Shown here in pieces: positions 20,559 through 30,499 of a stretch of 64,000 nucleotides of DNA. Numbering within the stretch: position 1 is the first letter of the stretch; every line of letters begins with the position of its first letter. Made by a program: the position numbers and the translations under genes. Under the pieces are notes generated by a model that searched no databases, had not been told where the DNA came from, and saw only the letters and a list, made by a program, of their open reading frames with translations. Origin of the DNA: a virus; IMG/VR virus record IMGVR_UViG_3300028563_000012, positions 38,535-102,534 of that record; one strand, written 5' to 3'.

Positions 20559-20726
20559 CTATTTCACTGTTGGCGCCGTCTGCGCGTTGGCTATCTTTTC
20601 AGCCTCCTGCCGTTTTGTCTCGTTCAACTTCTTGAGCAGCCAGACGCGTTCGCGCTGTGTACGTTGCCACAAGCCCACATCCGTGATGCCTGGAATGCTG
20701 TACAACAGCGCGAATTCTTGCTCCAT
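20559..20726 (-). CDS. Tail assembly chaperone C-terminal part (gpT-like), probably made by -1 frameshift
   Basis: Not in ORF track; MEQEFALLYSIPG...RERVWLLKKLNE; this frame is open back to the slippery TTTTTTC at 20762-20768. Confidence 0.75.
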   Translation of the reverse strand: MEQEFALLYSIPGITDVGLWQRTQRERVWLLKKLNETKRQEAEKIANAQTAPTVK

Positions 20727-20731
20727 GAGAC

Positions 20732-21586
20732 TCACCCAGGTGTCGCCTGGACACCACGAGAGAAAAAACGGTCATACACCCAGTTGATTGGTTGTATGAA
20801 CTTGTGGTTGCAACCTTTTCTGTCGCATTGCAGATCAAGCGACATCTTCGGGCCTGCGGCGGCATCTTCGATCCAGCGTTTGCAGGTCTCCAAGTCATAC
20901 TTGGACATCTCATCCAGGTCCTCATTGTTGAGGACAAAAGGCTCGGATGGGTCGCCTTCAGCTTTCACGATGGACGTGCGGATCACCAAGCTGTCGCGCT
21001 CAGCCTCATTGGTTGAGGCGAAGTCCTGATTGGACGCGACGTCCCATTTCAAGGGCATGATCTTGAAGATGTTGAGGGTTTTACCACGGATTTGAAGGCC
21101 ATCACGCAACGGCATCATGGCCGACAGATCCGTGATGGCGTCCGGGATGACTTTGACTTCCATGGTCCCGAGCAATGCGTTGATCTTCATGTGATTGGAA
21201 CAACGTGGACACGATGGCTCCATTTTCACGGGCTCGTCAGGGCCCATGGCCTCGTAACGTGCCATGACGTACATGTACATCACGTCTGCCATGTTCATTT
21301 GCGTCAGAAACAACTCACGCTCGCCATCCTTCATGTTGTCAAATGACTTTGAGCCAATGGAGTGCGCCATGATGGACATGGCGCGCGTCACGAATTCGCC
21401 GAACGTGGCACCGCGCAGTTTTTCCTTGGCTTCGCTGATTTGACGCTCCAGCTTGAACTTGAAGGGGCGGAGCTTGAAGTTGCGTTGGCGCGGGGTGTTT
21501 GGGGCTGCTGCAATGCCGATAGGCAGGTTGCAACCCAGCTCTTGCAGGGTCTTGATCTCAAGTCGGTTTGGTTTTTTGCTGTCCAT
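20732..21586 (-). CDS. Tail assembly chaperone (gpG-like, Cys-pair containing)
   Basis: Between tube and tape measure; CPRC and CDRKGC; ends D-R-F-F at the slippery site. Confidence 0.75.
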   Translation of the reverse strand: MDSKKPNRLEIKTLQELGCNLPIGIAAAPNTPRQRNFKLRPFKFKLERQISEAKEKLRGATFGEFVTRAMSIMAHSIGSKSFDNMKDGERELFLTQMNMADVMYMYVMARYEAMGPDEPVKMEPSCPRCSNHMKINALLGTMEVKVIPDAITDLSAMMPLRDGLQIRGKTLNIFKIMPLKWDVASNQDFASTNEAERDSLVIRTSIVKAEGDPSEPFVLNNEDLDEMSKYDLETCKRWIEDAAAGPKMSLDLQCDRKGCNHKFIQPINWVYDRFFSRGVQATPG

Positions 21587-21601
21587 CTTCCATCTCCAAT
21601 T

Positions 21602-21654
21602 CACGCAAAAGCGTGTTGTGAGTTGGATGGGCGGAGCGCGGCCGCTCCGCCATC
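21602..21654 (-). other. Intergenic hairpins after the tail tube gene
   Basis: GGCGGAGCG/CGCTCCGCC stem (21630-21651) and CACGC-AAAA-GCGTG (21602-21615); no U-tract, so more likely a stabiliser or weak terminator. Confidence 0.45.
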
Positions 21655-21665
21655 ACAGGTTGTTG

Positions 21666-22106
21666 TTACGTCAGCGGCTTGATGTCGTCAACCGACATCT
21701 TCCAGGTGTCAACCGCCATGTCGCCTTCGTTCTTCATCTCCAGGTCCGAATTCTTGCGACCGGATGTGAACACGCCAATCAGCTGGAACTGGCGTGGCAC
21801 ACCAGCGCCGATCCGTTTCATGATGAGCACGGCCGCCTTCTTGTAGCCGGGTTGAACAGGATCCTTGCCCTGTTGGAACCAGGTTTCCATGGCCTGAACT
21901 TCGATGGCATGGTGGCTGGGAATTTCCATGGTGAACTCGGTCGCTTTGGTGTTGCCGCCGCTGGCACGTGTCCTATCAGGAAGTTCCACAGTCTCCAACA
22001 CCTCATCGAGTCCGCTCACCTTCACAGGGGTGAGCGGCGGCATCCCGACAACGATCAGGTTGTATTTGTTGACAGCAACGTGATTTTCTTGAATAACGCC
22101 TTTCAT
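21666..22106 (-). CDS. Tail tube protein
   Basis: 146 aa directly after the sheath; gp19-like size and pattern. Confidence 0.85.
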   Translation of the reverse strand: MKGVIQENHVAVNKYNLIVVGMPPLTPVKVSGLDEVLETVELPDRTRASGGNTKATEFTMEIPSHHAIEVQAMETWFQQGKDPVQPGYKKAAVLIMKRIGAGVPRQFQLIGVFTSGRKNSDLEMKNEGDMAVDTWKMSVDDIKPLT

Positions 22107-22120
22107 TTGAACCCCTCCGA

Positions 22121-24541
22121 TTAGGACGATGACGATGTGGACTCGAAGATGCCGGCATTGCCGATGCGGATGATGAACCGCTCGATGGTGTCGGCCAGCT
22201 TCAAGCTGATGTCAGCATAGGCATCACCATCAGCCTGTGTGGCGTCGGTGTTGTTCTCGCTGTCAATCTTGATGGAACAAGCGTCATCGAACGTCTTGCC
22301 CTTCAATGCTCGCTTGGGTTGGTACTCAGGCAAGAACATGCCTGTGATGCTGCTCTTCAGCAGAGCGTAGTTGTCGGGATCATTGAGCGCGAAGGTGATC
22401 CAGTCAAACGACGTGCGGAGCCAGTTCTCATAGTGGCTCATCATCTCGCGCTTGTGAACAAACTTCCATGAAGGATCAACAGAGATTGACCTGTCACCCC
22501 ACAGGACGTAGTTGCCCTTGTTCTTCTTGATCAGGTTGATGCCCTGCGGATTGGTCATCTCCTCATTCAAGACCGTGGTAAAGGGCAAGCGGACAACCCG
22601 GCCCAAGATGACATCGGTTCCAGCGGCAGGCTTGTGGTATCCGCCGTAATTCTTGGCAACCAGCGCCTCCTTGCCATGAATCATGCCCGTGGCAGGGGTG
22701 CGCTTCAGCTGTCCAGGCTTCTCAGGATCCGAAACATCCACGTAAGACGGGAAGCTGACTTTGCCCATATCACTCCTGCCCAACGTATCGTTGATGTAGG
22801 AGATGGCACCTGCTTCGTCCACGACATCCACCGGGATCTCCGGACGGTATTGCCAGTTGAACGCCTCAGCAAGGGCAAATCCAGCTTTCTGGATGGACGT
22901 ACTGGTCCTGTCGGGCGTTGCCAACTTGATCAAGCCCTTATTCTCTGACAGCAACTCACGCGCCGGGGTGAGTTGGCTGTTGAGTGCCACGGCAGTGTAA
23001 TCGGTGTCGGACAAGCCAGACAGGCCGTCATAACCGTTGGTTGGAGTGGCATCGGTGTTGTCCGAGCCGCCCATGCGTTGCCGGTAGAACACCATGAAAC
23101 GGTCACCAGCGGTCCCGCCGCCGTCGGTGATCAAATCGCCCGACTGCACCGTGATGGTGTTTTGGGTGTTCGAAACGATGTTGAAGCGCGCCCGCGGCTT
23201 GTTAACCAAGTCAGCGCACAACGTCCCGCCAACCAAGCTGTTGGGCTCGAATGGTGTGTAATCGACTTCGATGACGTCGCCATCCTTGAACACCACGCTG
23301 CCGACCGTGATCGTGATCGGGGGCAACAACGGGCTGTAAGGTGCCGTGAATGCGAAAGCCTGGGCCGTCGTGTTGACATGCGTCAAAGCATCATGGACAA
23401 CAGCTCCGCCTGCCAGGCGCTTGGACTTCATCGTGATGGTTGCGTTGCCAGCAGACACAGCGATTTCAAAGCGCAGAACATCTTTGTAGATGTGCTTTGT
23501 CGTGGTGGTTCCCAACGTGTAGGCCGGATTGGGCTGCGGTGAGACGCTGAGGTTGCGTGGCTGGATGCAAACGCTGGTCAAGGTCGTGGAAGTTACGGCC
23601 GAAATCAAGCTTTGCTCGTTGGCCGGGCGTCGATCCGATGGCGTCGGGTTGGACGGCGACAACAGGTCAGAAACAACAATGTCATCGTTGCTCTGATCGT
23701 CGTTGATGATGCGCACGAAATAGCGCGGCGACGTCGGATCCATGGAGAGATCTGGCCAACGGTTCATCTTTTGCCCATCGATGTAATAGGCCATGCTGAA
23801 TTCGCTGGATGGGTTTTGCTCGCCATCATCGTACACAACTTGCATGCAACGCTCGGTGTTGTTGTTGTCGATGAAATTGGTCAGCACCAGCGTGTAGCCA
23901 AGATTGGTAGGGTCAGATCCGCCAGACAAATCAGCTGACATGTTGTCGTCAGCAGACACCGCAACGACACCAACCGTGCTGTTGCCAGTGATGGCGTACT
24001 GCTTGGTTGGAACACCATCCAGTTGGATGTAGCCACCGGCCCACTCGTCCAAGAGCATGGTCAGAGCAGTGGTGAGCGCGTTGGCAGCGACAGCACCCGT
24101 GTTGGCCATCCGGCGCCAAATGACGCGTCGCCGGCCGGCCCAGCGGCCGCCATTGCCTGCGGTGATACGCATGATTGGACGGCTACGGCCGCCCGTAAGA
24201 GATTGAACGGTATCGCTCATCTCACGGCTGTAGACGTCGAAGGTGGCAGCGCGGATCGTTGCCGCGGCGATGCGCAACAGGTTCAACTCGCCGGCACCCT
24301 GCGACTCGGTCCAAAAGTCACGAGCACAGTCAGGACCATCAAAGCCGGAGATCAGATTCCCGGTCTTGCTCATCAATGAGCGCAGCGATGACGTCCGGAT
24401 GAGTTTGTTGGTTGGGCCGCGGTCCAGGGGTGTTGCGTACACCGTCACGCCAAGCGGCGCAGGATCGATGTTTTTCTGGCCATCTGTTTCTTCGATGACC
24501 GTTCCAGCTCCAAGGGTTGGTCCGAATCGCCTTTGGCTCAT
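22121..24541 (-). CDS. Contractile tail sheath protein
   Basis: HKPAAG, NPQGINLI, LWGDRS, WKFVHKR motifs. Confidence 0.92.
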   Translation of the reverse strand: MSQRRFGPTLGAGTVIEETDGQKNIDPAPLGVTVYATPLDRGPTNKLIRTSSLRSLMSKTGNLISGFDGPDCARDFWTESQGAGELNLLRIAAATIRAATFDVYSREMSDTVQSLTGGRSRPIMRITAGNGGRWAGRRRVIWRRMANTGAVAANALTTALTMLLDEWAGGYIQLDGVPTKQYAITGNSTVGVVAVSADDNMSADLSGGSDPTNLGYTLVLTNFIDNNNTERCMQVVYDDGEQNPSSEFSMAYYIDGQKMNRWPDLSMDPTSPRYFVRIINDDQSNDDIVVSDLLSPSNPTPSDRRPANEQSLISAVTSTTLTSVCIQPRNLSVSPQPNPAYTLGTTTTKHIYKDVLRFEIAVSAGNATITMKSKRLAGGAVVHDALTHVNTTAQAFAFTAPYSPLLPPITITVGSVVFKDGDVIEVDYTPFEPNSLVGGTLCADLVNKPRARFNIVSNTQNTITVQSGDLITDGGGTAGDRFMVFYRQRMGGSDNTDATPTNGYDGLSGLSDTDYTAVALNSQLTPARELLSENKGLIKLATPDRTSTSIQKAGFALAEAFNWQYRPEIPVDVVDEAGAISYINDTLGRSDMGKVSFPSYVDVSDPEKPGQLKRTPATGMIHGKEALVAKNYGGYHKPAAGTDVILGRVVRLPFTTVLNEEMTNPQGINLIKKNKGNYVLWGDRSISVDPSWKFVHKREMMSHYENWLRTSFDWITFALNDPDNYALLKSSITGMFLPEYQPKRALKGKTFDDACSIKIDSENNTDATQADGDAYADISLKLADTIERFIIRIGNAGIFESTSSSS

Positions 24542-24557
24542 ATGCACTCCTCGACTT

Positions 24558-25826
24558 TCATGGTTGACTGTTTACGGGCGGTGACGGCGCGACACGCGGG
24601 TTGAAGCGCATGATGGCTGTCCCCGCTCGTGCCGGCTTGCGGTATGAGCAGACGTCATAGATCATGAACGTGCCTGAACTTTGGGTCACATCGTTCAGGT
24701 TTGGGTTCGTCCCTGTCTTGAATTCATCAATCATCTGCAAGCGGTAAGATTTGTCCAGCGCGCCCGATTTCAACAGTTGGTTTTTGTCCATGAATTCCAC
24801 CACTGCTTCAGTAAGTCTGATGAGATCCTGTGTTCCTGGCGCTATCATTAGCATATTGAATCTCACATCAAAACGATAGGGCGGTGGCACGACGATGGCC
24901 GCACCCGTATCACGGTTGGCAACGTGATCATCATTGGCTAACGGCTGAGAATCCACAGCCTCGAAGTCTGTGATGATCACAGCAGGCACCTTGTCGATTT
25001 CGATGAAATCAGGGCTCGTCTCGTGCAATGCAATCATGGGCTCAACGATGGCCTTGATGAAGGCCTGATTTCCTACCGGGATTGGGGCTGTCAGTGTTGC
25101 GATTCCTGTGGTGGCGTTGAAGCTTGATAGCAAATCAGCGTCGTGGCCGGGATCCGCTGTGTGGTTGAAGATGCTGTCACAACCCTGAAGGTTGAACGGA
25201 GCAACATCTTGTTTCACAGCCTTGCCGACGTCCAAATTGTAACCGCCAGGGATTGGGACTTTGTATGCAAAATCGGCAATATAACCAACACCACGCAGGC
25301 TGGGAACCAACGTCCTGATCATCAAGTCTTCAAGGAAGTCAGTGACACGCGAGGCCCAACACAACTTCAATTCTGCCACCTTTGGTGTCACGCGTGCGTC
25401 GCTTGTTGACAACTGAATCAAAAAGCCGATGGCCTTTGCCACAGGGTTGAGGCTGGCGATGTGATTGGCCAAATCCAAATCTGTGTTCCATGTGGTCCCA
25501 ACGGTTGTTGTCCACGTTGTGCCATTCCAAACGTAAGTGTGCACGCCATCGGTGACGCGATACCTCACAGACGTCACGACGGTGCCGCCAATGCAGCCTT
25601 GCTTCACAAGAGCCTCAAACAACAACCACTGCTTCACGGAAGTCGGCATGAACAACCCAGTCGTCACAACACCAGGCGTGAGCGGGTAACCTGTTGGCCC
25701 TGGTGTCAGTTCAAGACGCTGCGTGCTGGGGTTGAGGCGCACGACTGACGGATCTGAAAACGTCGTCAGCTTGCGTTCGTCCTCAGTGAAAGTCCATCGT
25801 TTGATGAGGGTGGATGTTTTGGCCAA
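24558..25826 (-). CDS. Tail/sheath terminator-like protein
   Basis: Upstream of the sheath; C-terminal PAVIITD...PPPYRFDVRF. Confidence 0.55.
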   Translation of the reverse strand: MAKTSTLIKRWTFTEDERKLTTFSDPSVVRLNPSTQRLELTPGPTGYPLTPGVVTTGLFMPTSVKQWLLFEALVKQGCIGGTVVTSVRYRVTDGVHTYVWNGTTWTTTVGTTWNTDLDLANHIASLNPVAKAIGFLIQLSTSDARVTPKVAELKLCWASRVTDFLEDLMIRTLVPSLRGVGYIADFAYKVPIPGGYNLDVGKAVKQDVAPFNLQGCDSIFNHTADPGHDADLLSSFNATTGIATLTAPIPVGNQAFIKAIVEPMIALHETSPDFIEIDKVPAVIITDFEAVDSQPLANDDHVANRDTGAAIVVPPPYRFDVRFNMLMIAPGTQDLIRLTEAVVEFMDKNQLLKSGALDKSYRLQMIDEFKTGTNPNLNDVTQSSGTFMIYDVCSYRKPARAGTAIMRFNPRVAPSPPVNSQP

Positions 25827-25837
25827 GATGGTCTATG

Positions 25838-26512
25838 CTAACTTGAACCGCCCTCATTGGTCCCGCCTTTGGGTTGCCCAGCCAATGTCGCGGCGGCTGC
25901 CTTTTTCCATATTGCTTGGCAGTGCTTGATAACAGTCGGATCCTTGAAAACTTCTGCGATGAACTGCCTTGGAGGGATGATGATGACTTTGGTCGATCGC
26001 TTCAGCGGCCGGATGTTCTTGATCTCATCGCCGAGTGCCTTGGCCATCTCTGCTGCTTGGGCATGCAACTCCGTTGCCGACATCTCACCTTGCCCGACTT
26101 TGTAGAGCGCTTGGAACATGCCATGCATCTTGTCAGTGACTCTGATGCTCAACCCCTCGTGCACAACTTCGGCGATGTTGACCATGTCTTTGCCATCGAC
26201 CATGGTGCCTCGCAACACGCCAACGAATGCAGATCGCCAATCGATGGTCTTGGTGGCGATTGAGTTGAACAGATCTGCACCGCGCCCAACCAGCGGCTTG
26301 GACGAGTGCTTGATCATGATGGTCAGTTTGGAATTTGCCCCATAAGCTGTGCCTGATTGGATGCGCTTGCGAATCCTCCCACGCACATAAAGAGCAGCCT
26401 TGGCAGTAGCACCACCGATGGCGGTGCGAACATCCTCTTTCAACCTGCCGGCATCCAATGCGTGCTTCATTCCGTGCCAAGCTCCGTAACGGATGAAGCC
26501 GATGTCAGCCAT
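25838..26512 (-). CDS. Neck / virion morphogenesis protein
   Basis: KHSSKPLV..G.LFNSI, VHEG, IPPRQFI motifs. Confidence 0.7.
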   Translation of the reverse strand: MADIGFIRYGAWHGMKHALDAGRLKEDVRTAIGGATAKAALYVRGRIRKRIQSGTAYGANSKLTIMIKHSSKPLVGRGADLFNSIATKTIDWRSAFVGVLRGTMVDGKDMVNIAEVVHEGLSIRVTDKMHGMFQALYKVGQGEMSATELHAQAAEMAKALGDEIKNIRPLKRSTKVIIIPPRQFIAEVFKDPTVIKHCQAIWKKAAAATLAGQPKGGTNEGGSS

Positions 26513-26934
26513 CAGTTGTTGGGGGAACGGTCTGAGAAATGGAATTTGTAACCTTGCGCCCCATTCACAGCCGGATCATGGATGCAAGGTTCAACGAACG
26601 TGATGTACAACGCCAACCCGGTGTCGGTGCCGATGGCAACGATGCGGTCACCGTACGCAAAACGATTGCCTGCTCCCAACTTTTTGTCCAAATCGCGCCG
26701 TAAGCACAACACATATCCGGTACTTTCAAACCGCACGCCGCCGGCCTTGATGTCTGGATCCTTCTTGCGCTGCCATTTCACCTGGCCTTGGATGCTGATG
26801 CCTGGGGCATCTCCTTCAGCAGCCGCGGATCGCGCGCCGTGCACAGGGTGCCGGGTGTCCTGGTCCATGATCATCACGGCGCTGGACAGTTGTTCCACAA
26901 CAATCCCCACCGGGTGTTGCAAATTGACGATCAT
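26512..26934 (-). CDS. Head closure protein
   Basis: Position and size; GDRIVAIG. Confidence 0.6.
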   Translation of the reverse strand: MIVNLQHPVGIVVEQLSSAVMIMDQDTRHPVHGARSAAAEGDAPGISIQGQVKWQRKKDPDIKAGGVRFESTGYVLCLRRDLDKKLGAGNRFAYGDRIVAIGTDTGLALYITFVEPCIHDPAVNGAQGYKFHFSDRSPNN

Positions 26935-27668
26935 CCCATCACCCAAGTCATACTTCCGGGAACGCCGATGCAGATCGGGCGCTTGTACATTCGCAGGATC
27001 CGGCTGATCTCTTGATCCTTGGTGATGTCTGTGATGTCTTGTTGCTTCACTTCGAGCTGGCCGAATTGCATGGTGTGCCCGTCCGTCGTTTCTGATGTGA
27101 TCTTGCCGATGGCCACGGGGTATCCAGACGACATCGGATCGGGGTTGTTGAGATCGCGTATCACCAAGCGAATCAGCGCGCGCTTGATCAAGTACGGGGT
27201 GCTGCCATCGGCTTCAACAAAGCCAAAGTTGCCAACAATCTTCTGGTTCTGATAGCCTTTCCCGAAGATGCACCCTTGGCCGCGGGCCGACACGTGAGGC
27301 ATGAAACCGCCGATGAACCTGGTGGTCCAAACGATCTTGGGATTCTTCCGGTCATCTTGGACCGGGCCCCTCCGATTGTAGACCGTGTAGTTTTGCGTGT
27401 TCAGCGCGTTCACCATGTCGCTGTTGGCGTATACTGCGCTGCAATCGATGATTGGTATCGGCAGGAACAAGGTGTCTGAGTCATTCCCATCCATCGTGAA
27501 TTCAGCAGCCCGTGACTCGAAGAACTGGCCTGTGGCCAACTCGATGAACTGGGCCCATGCAATGATGGATGCGATCACCGAATCCTTGTTTTCATCATTG
27601 ACAATGAAGCCAGCAGCGTTGATATCGTCAGTTGTGATGTACGGGGTGGGTGGTGGTGTATCAGCCAT
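26931..27668 (-). CDS. Head-tail adaptor
   Basis: YITTDDI...FIELATGQFF...TPYLIKRA...SETTDGH. Confidence 0.7.
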   Translation of the reverse strand: MADTPPPTPYITTDDINAAGFIVNDENKDSVIASIIAWAQFIELATGQFFESRAAEFTMDGNDSDTLFLPIPIIDCSAVYANSDMVNALNTQNYTVYNRRGPVQDDRKNPKIVWTTRFIGGFMPHVSARGQGCIFGKGYQNQKIVGNFGFVEADGSTPYLIKRALIRLVIRDLNNPDPMSSGYPVAIGKITSETTDGHTMQFGQLEVKQQDITDITKDQEISRILRMYKRPICIGVPGSMTWVMG

Positions 27669-28023
27669 GCTTCTCCTGTGGCTTCCAGCGTCGTTTGCCC
27701 ATACGGCGCACATCGAGTCGGGTCATTGCGGGCGTGCTCTGGTTGTAGGTCGTTGCCTTTATCATAAGGTCATCTGCCCAACAAACGACGGACGCAGATT
27801 GCAAGACGTTGTGAGAGTCGACAACTTGTTCCAAGTCCCATGTCATCTTTGCAAACAACTTCGGCACTGGGAGTGTGATGTACTCGCCGCCCCTAATAAT
27901 GCCAACGCCGCGGATCTGACCCTGAAATGACGGATCAGATGCGCGGCGTTGCCATTCGCCCAATTCGTTGGGCAGTTGTATGGTTAGGGTTTCGCCGGTT
28001 GCGAGATTGACGATGAGTCGCAT
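27661..28023 (-). CDS. Hypothetical protein
   Basis: ORF in operon. Confidence 0.5.
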   Translation of the reverse strand: MRLIVNLATGETLTIQLPNELGEWQRRASDPSFQGQIRGVGIIRGGEYITLPVPKLFAKMTWDLEQVVDSHNVLQSASVVCWADDLMIKATTYNQSTPAMTRLDVRRMGKRRWKPQEKHG

Positions 28024-28217
28024 GGTTTTGCAAACACCAAGCTCTCGACCACACGAGGGCACTTCTCCTTGATGAAATCCCACTCTTCATCAGTCACTTC
28101 ATGGGATAGCCCAGGCGCGATGATCAACGTGTCACCTGTGACACTACGGTGTTTCACCGTGTTTGGGAGTTGAACATCCACGGTCTGCGCAGTGCCTTTC
28201 ACCTTCAACCAAACCAT
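27984..28217 (-). CDS. Hypothetical protein
   Basis: ORF in operon. Confidence 0.5.
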   Translation of the reverse strand: MVWLKVKGTAQTVDVQLPNTVKHRSVTGDTLIIAPGLSHEVTDEEWDFIKEKCPRVVESLVFAKPCDSSSISQPAKP

Positions 28218-28220
28218 CGC

Positions 28221-28586
28221 TTACCCCTGGCCTTGTGGCTTCCCTGCTGGCTTTGCCGCTGGCTTTACCGGCGGTTTGGCTGCGGGCTTGTTGGCTTTGG
28301 CTGCGGGCTTTGCAGCAGGATCGATTGGTTGTCCATCGTCAATTGGGCCACTTTCGCCCACGACTTCGCCATCAACCTCTTCCTCAACTTCATCCTCGCC
28401 CTCGTTCTCTGGGATCCCGGCCGGCAATGCGACACGTTGATCTTCCTCGACTTCAACGTTCAAGACGCCAACCGTACGAAGTTTGGCGATGATGTCGCGA
28501 TCCGTGATGACGCTTGGCGTGCTGGTGAAGACGTGGGGCCCGAATGTGTATGATTTGCCTTCTCTGAGCGTAACTGTTGCCTTCAT
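28221..28586 (-). CDS. Small protein with acidic tract and PAAK-repeat tail
   Basis: RBS GGAGG before MKATV; KPAAK repeats. Confidence 0.55.
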   Translation of the reverse strand: MKATVTLREGKSYTFGPHVFTSTPSVITDRDIIAKLRTVGVLNVEVEEDQRVALPAGIPENEGEDEVEEEVDGEVVGESGPIDDGQPIDPAAKPAAKANKPAAKPPVKPAAKPAGKPQGQG

Positions 28587-28663
28587 GGTAACCTCCGAAT
28601 GGGTTCTTTGTGGGAACCGAATTGGGTTTAGCAATCCGGCGCCCACAAAGGTGTGCCCTTTGT

Positions 28664-29185
28664 TTACTGCCAAGCCGCGATCAGGACACCAGCAGGAACG
28701 GCAACACCGCTGCTGGCCTTGGCAATGGAGACGGTCAGGCTGTCGCCTGGTGCCAACTCCAACACGGTCGGATCTGTGTTCAACGTGCCCGCAACGGGCA
28801 CAAAAGCGGTCCAATCACCGGAACCGCCACCGGCCGCCGTTTTGGTGGCGATGGTCCCAACAACACCGCCATCAGCGCCCGCGGCCGTGCGTTTCTTCAC
28901 GGTCAACGTGGCATAGGAGGTGTCGTTGGATGTTAGGGATGCCCCTGGCGTGTACGATACGCCCACAACATCCTGGGTGTGAGACCCAGAGTTGGTGTGG
29001 AATATCGTTTCAGCCGTGGTGTCGGTCGCGCCGCCATCGACCGCCGACTTGGTGTGCTTTGCCGACCTGTCAGCCAGATCTGCAATATAGTGGGGCAAGT
29101 CGTCACTTGTCCCCTCTTGGCTGTTGAGATTGGAGCCGCCAGCAAACAAAGTTGCGAGGCGGCTGACCACTGTGCGAAGGCTCAT
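28664..29185 (-). CDS. Probable capsid decoration protein
   Basis: Directly after the major capsid gene with strong RBS; T/A/G-rich. Confidence 0.55.
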   Translation of the reverse strand: MSLRTVVSRLATLFAGGSNLNSQEGTSDDLPHYIADLADRSAKHTKSAVDGGATDTTAETIFHTNSGSHTQDVVGVSYTPGASLTSNDTSYATLTVKKRTAAGADGGVVGTIATKTAAGGGSGDWTAFVPVAGTLNTDPTVLELAPGDSLTVSIAKASSGVAVPAGVLIAAWQ

Positions 29186-29239
29186 TCATTCCTCCTGGTG
29201 AAGATTCTCGATTTGGTGTCTGCCCCTCGACATGCCGAC

Positions 29240-30451
29240 TTAGACGCCGGTGCCGAGATTGACGACCTTCACCAACGCGTCCGTCTCTTCCACGTTCATG
29301 GTCACCTTGGCCGTGATCACGTACTGGTTGACGCGCTTGAAGATGTCACGGTCACGCTCGATGCGAACGTCACGACCGATACCGACGATGAGGTTGCTGT
29401 AGTGGGTGAGCAACAGCGTTGGGTTGGCATCGTAGGTGACCTTCACGGTTGCACCGCTGTTGATGGCGCTGGCCGACGTGCGAGCGATCGATCCAGTGCT
29501 GGTGATCGTGTAGTCGTTGTTGGTGCCGTTGGTGGACGGCAGATAGGCAGCGGTCGCAGTGGACGCCAGGGTGCTTGGGAGCACCACAACGTTGGCGACA
29601 GCACTACGGCGCAGCTGGACTGCCGTGGTACTGGTGAGGATGATGTGCTCAACCTCGCGATACTTGAACGGATACAGGTTGAACGGCACGAGCTGGATGC
29701 CGAAGGGCGTCAGGTTCTGCGTGCTGGATAGGGCGTTGTCACCCTGCTGCGTGGCACGCGTCGACACGCGCTCACGATAGTTCTGCTCCAGGTTGACGCT
29801 GGTCATGTAGCGCAGCTCTTGGCGGTTGCGCTTGAACTTGGGCGGCATCGCATTCAGCGCCTGGCTGAACACGTTGGAACCGATGTTCTGACCCTGAGCA
29901 TCGTACACGTGGGCGCCGTCGGCGGCCCGCAACCAACCGTTGCCCATCCCAAGGTAGGCATCCTGGACGTATTGCGTGGTGCTGCCACCGTCCAGGATGT
30001 CGCCCTCAATGGCCGCACGGCCAAGGGCATCGCCCTCGATGTAGAGCTGTTCCATGTCGTTCGCGAGCTGGGCCGCCATCATGCGGATGATGCGATCCTC
30101 GACAGCTTCGCCTTCCAGGTTGATCTCCCGGAAGGTGTCGCTGATCTCGAACGGCACGATGATCTCCAGCGGCTGGAGGGTGATGCGGCTGGTGCTGACA
30201 CCGCGTCGGTTGGTCGGCGCCGTGGCTTCCGCGGCCGGCTGAGCAAGACGTTTGCCCACACCGATCTTGTCGATGTAGAGCTGTTCGTTGCGGAACCGGA
30301 TGGTGCGTGCGTTGTTCTTCAGGCCCGACAGGTCAAAGACGTAGTCGATGAACTTGTCAGATTGGGCTGGGTTGAGCTTGCCTTGGCTGGCAAGCGCGTC
30401 GGTTGCAATGACTGCCTTCTCCACCAGCTGCTTGTTGTCGACTTCGGCCAT
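29240..30451 (-). CDS. Major capsid protein
   Basis: GKLNPAQSDKFID, NLEGE, GNGWL, IGRDVRIERDRDI; strong codon bias. Confidence 0.92.
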   Translation of the reverse strand: MAEVDNKQLVEKAVIATDALASQGKLNPAQSDKFIDYVFDLSGLKNNARTIRFRNEQLYIDKIGVGKRLAQPAAEATAPTNRRGVSTSRITLQPLEIIVPFEISDTFREINLEGEAVEDRIIRMMAAQLANDMEQLYIEGDALGRAAIEGDILDGGSTTQYVQDAYLGMGNGWLRAADGAHVYDAQGQNIGSNVFSQALNAMPPKFKRNRQELRYMTSVNLEQNYRERVSTRATQQGDNALSSTQNLTPFGIQLVPFNLYPFKYREVEHIILTSTTAVQLRRSAVANVVVLPSTLASTATAAYLPSTNGTNNDYTITSTGSIARTSASAINSGATVKVTYDANPTLLLTHYSNLIVGIGRDVRIERDRDIFKRVNQYVITAKVTMNVEETDALVKVVNLGTGV

Positions 30452-30499
30452 TTTACTTGCTCCTTGTTGGATGTTTCTTGCGTGGGTGAAGGGCAGCCG

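Noticed and set aside
3483-24541. eCIS/tailocin or T6SS locus
   Set aside because: Terminase, portal, capsid and neck genes are contiguous with the tail genes, so this is a complete phage virion module.
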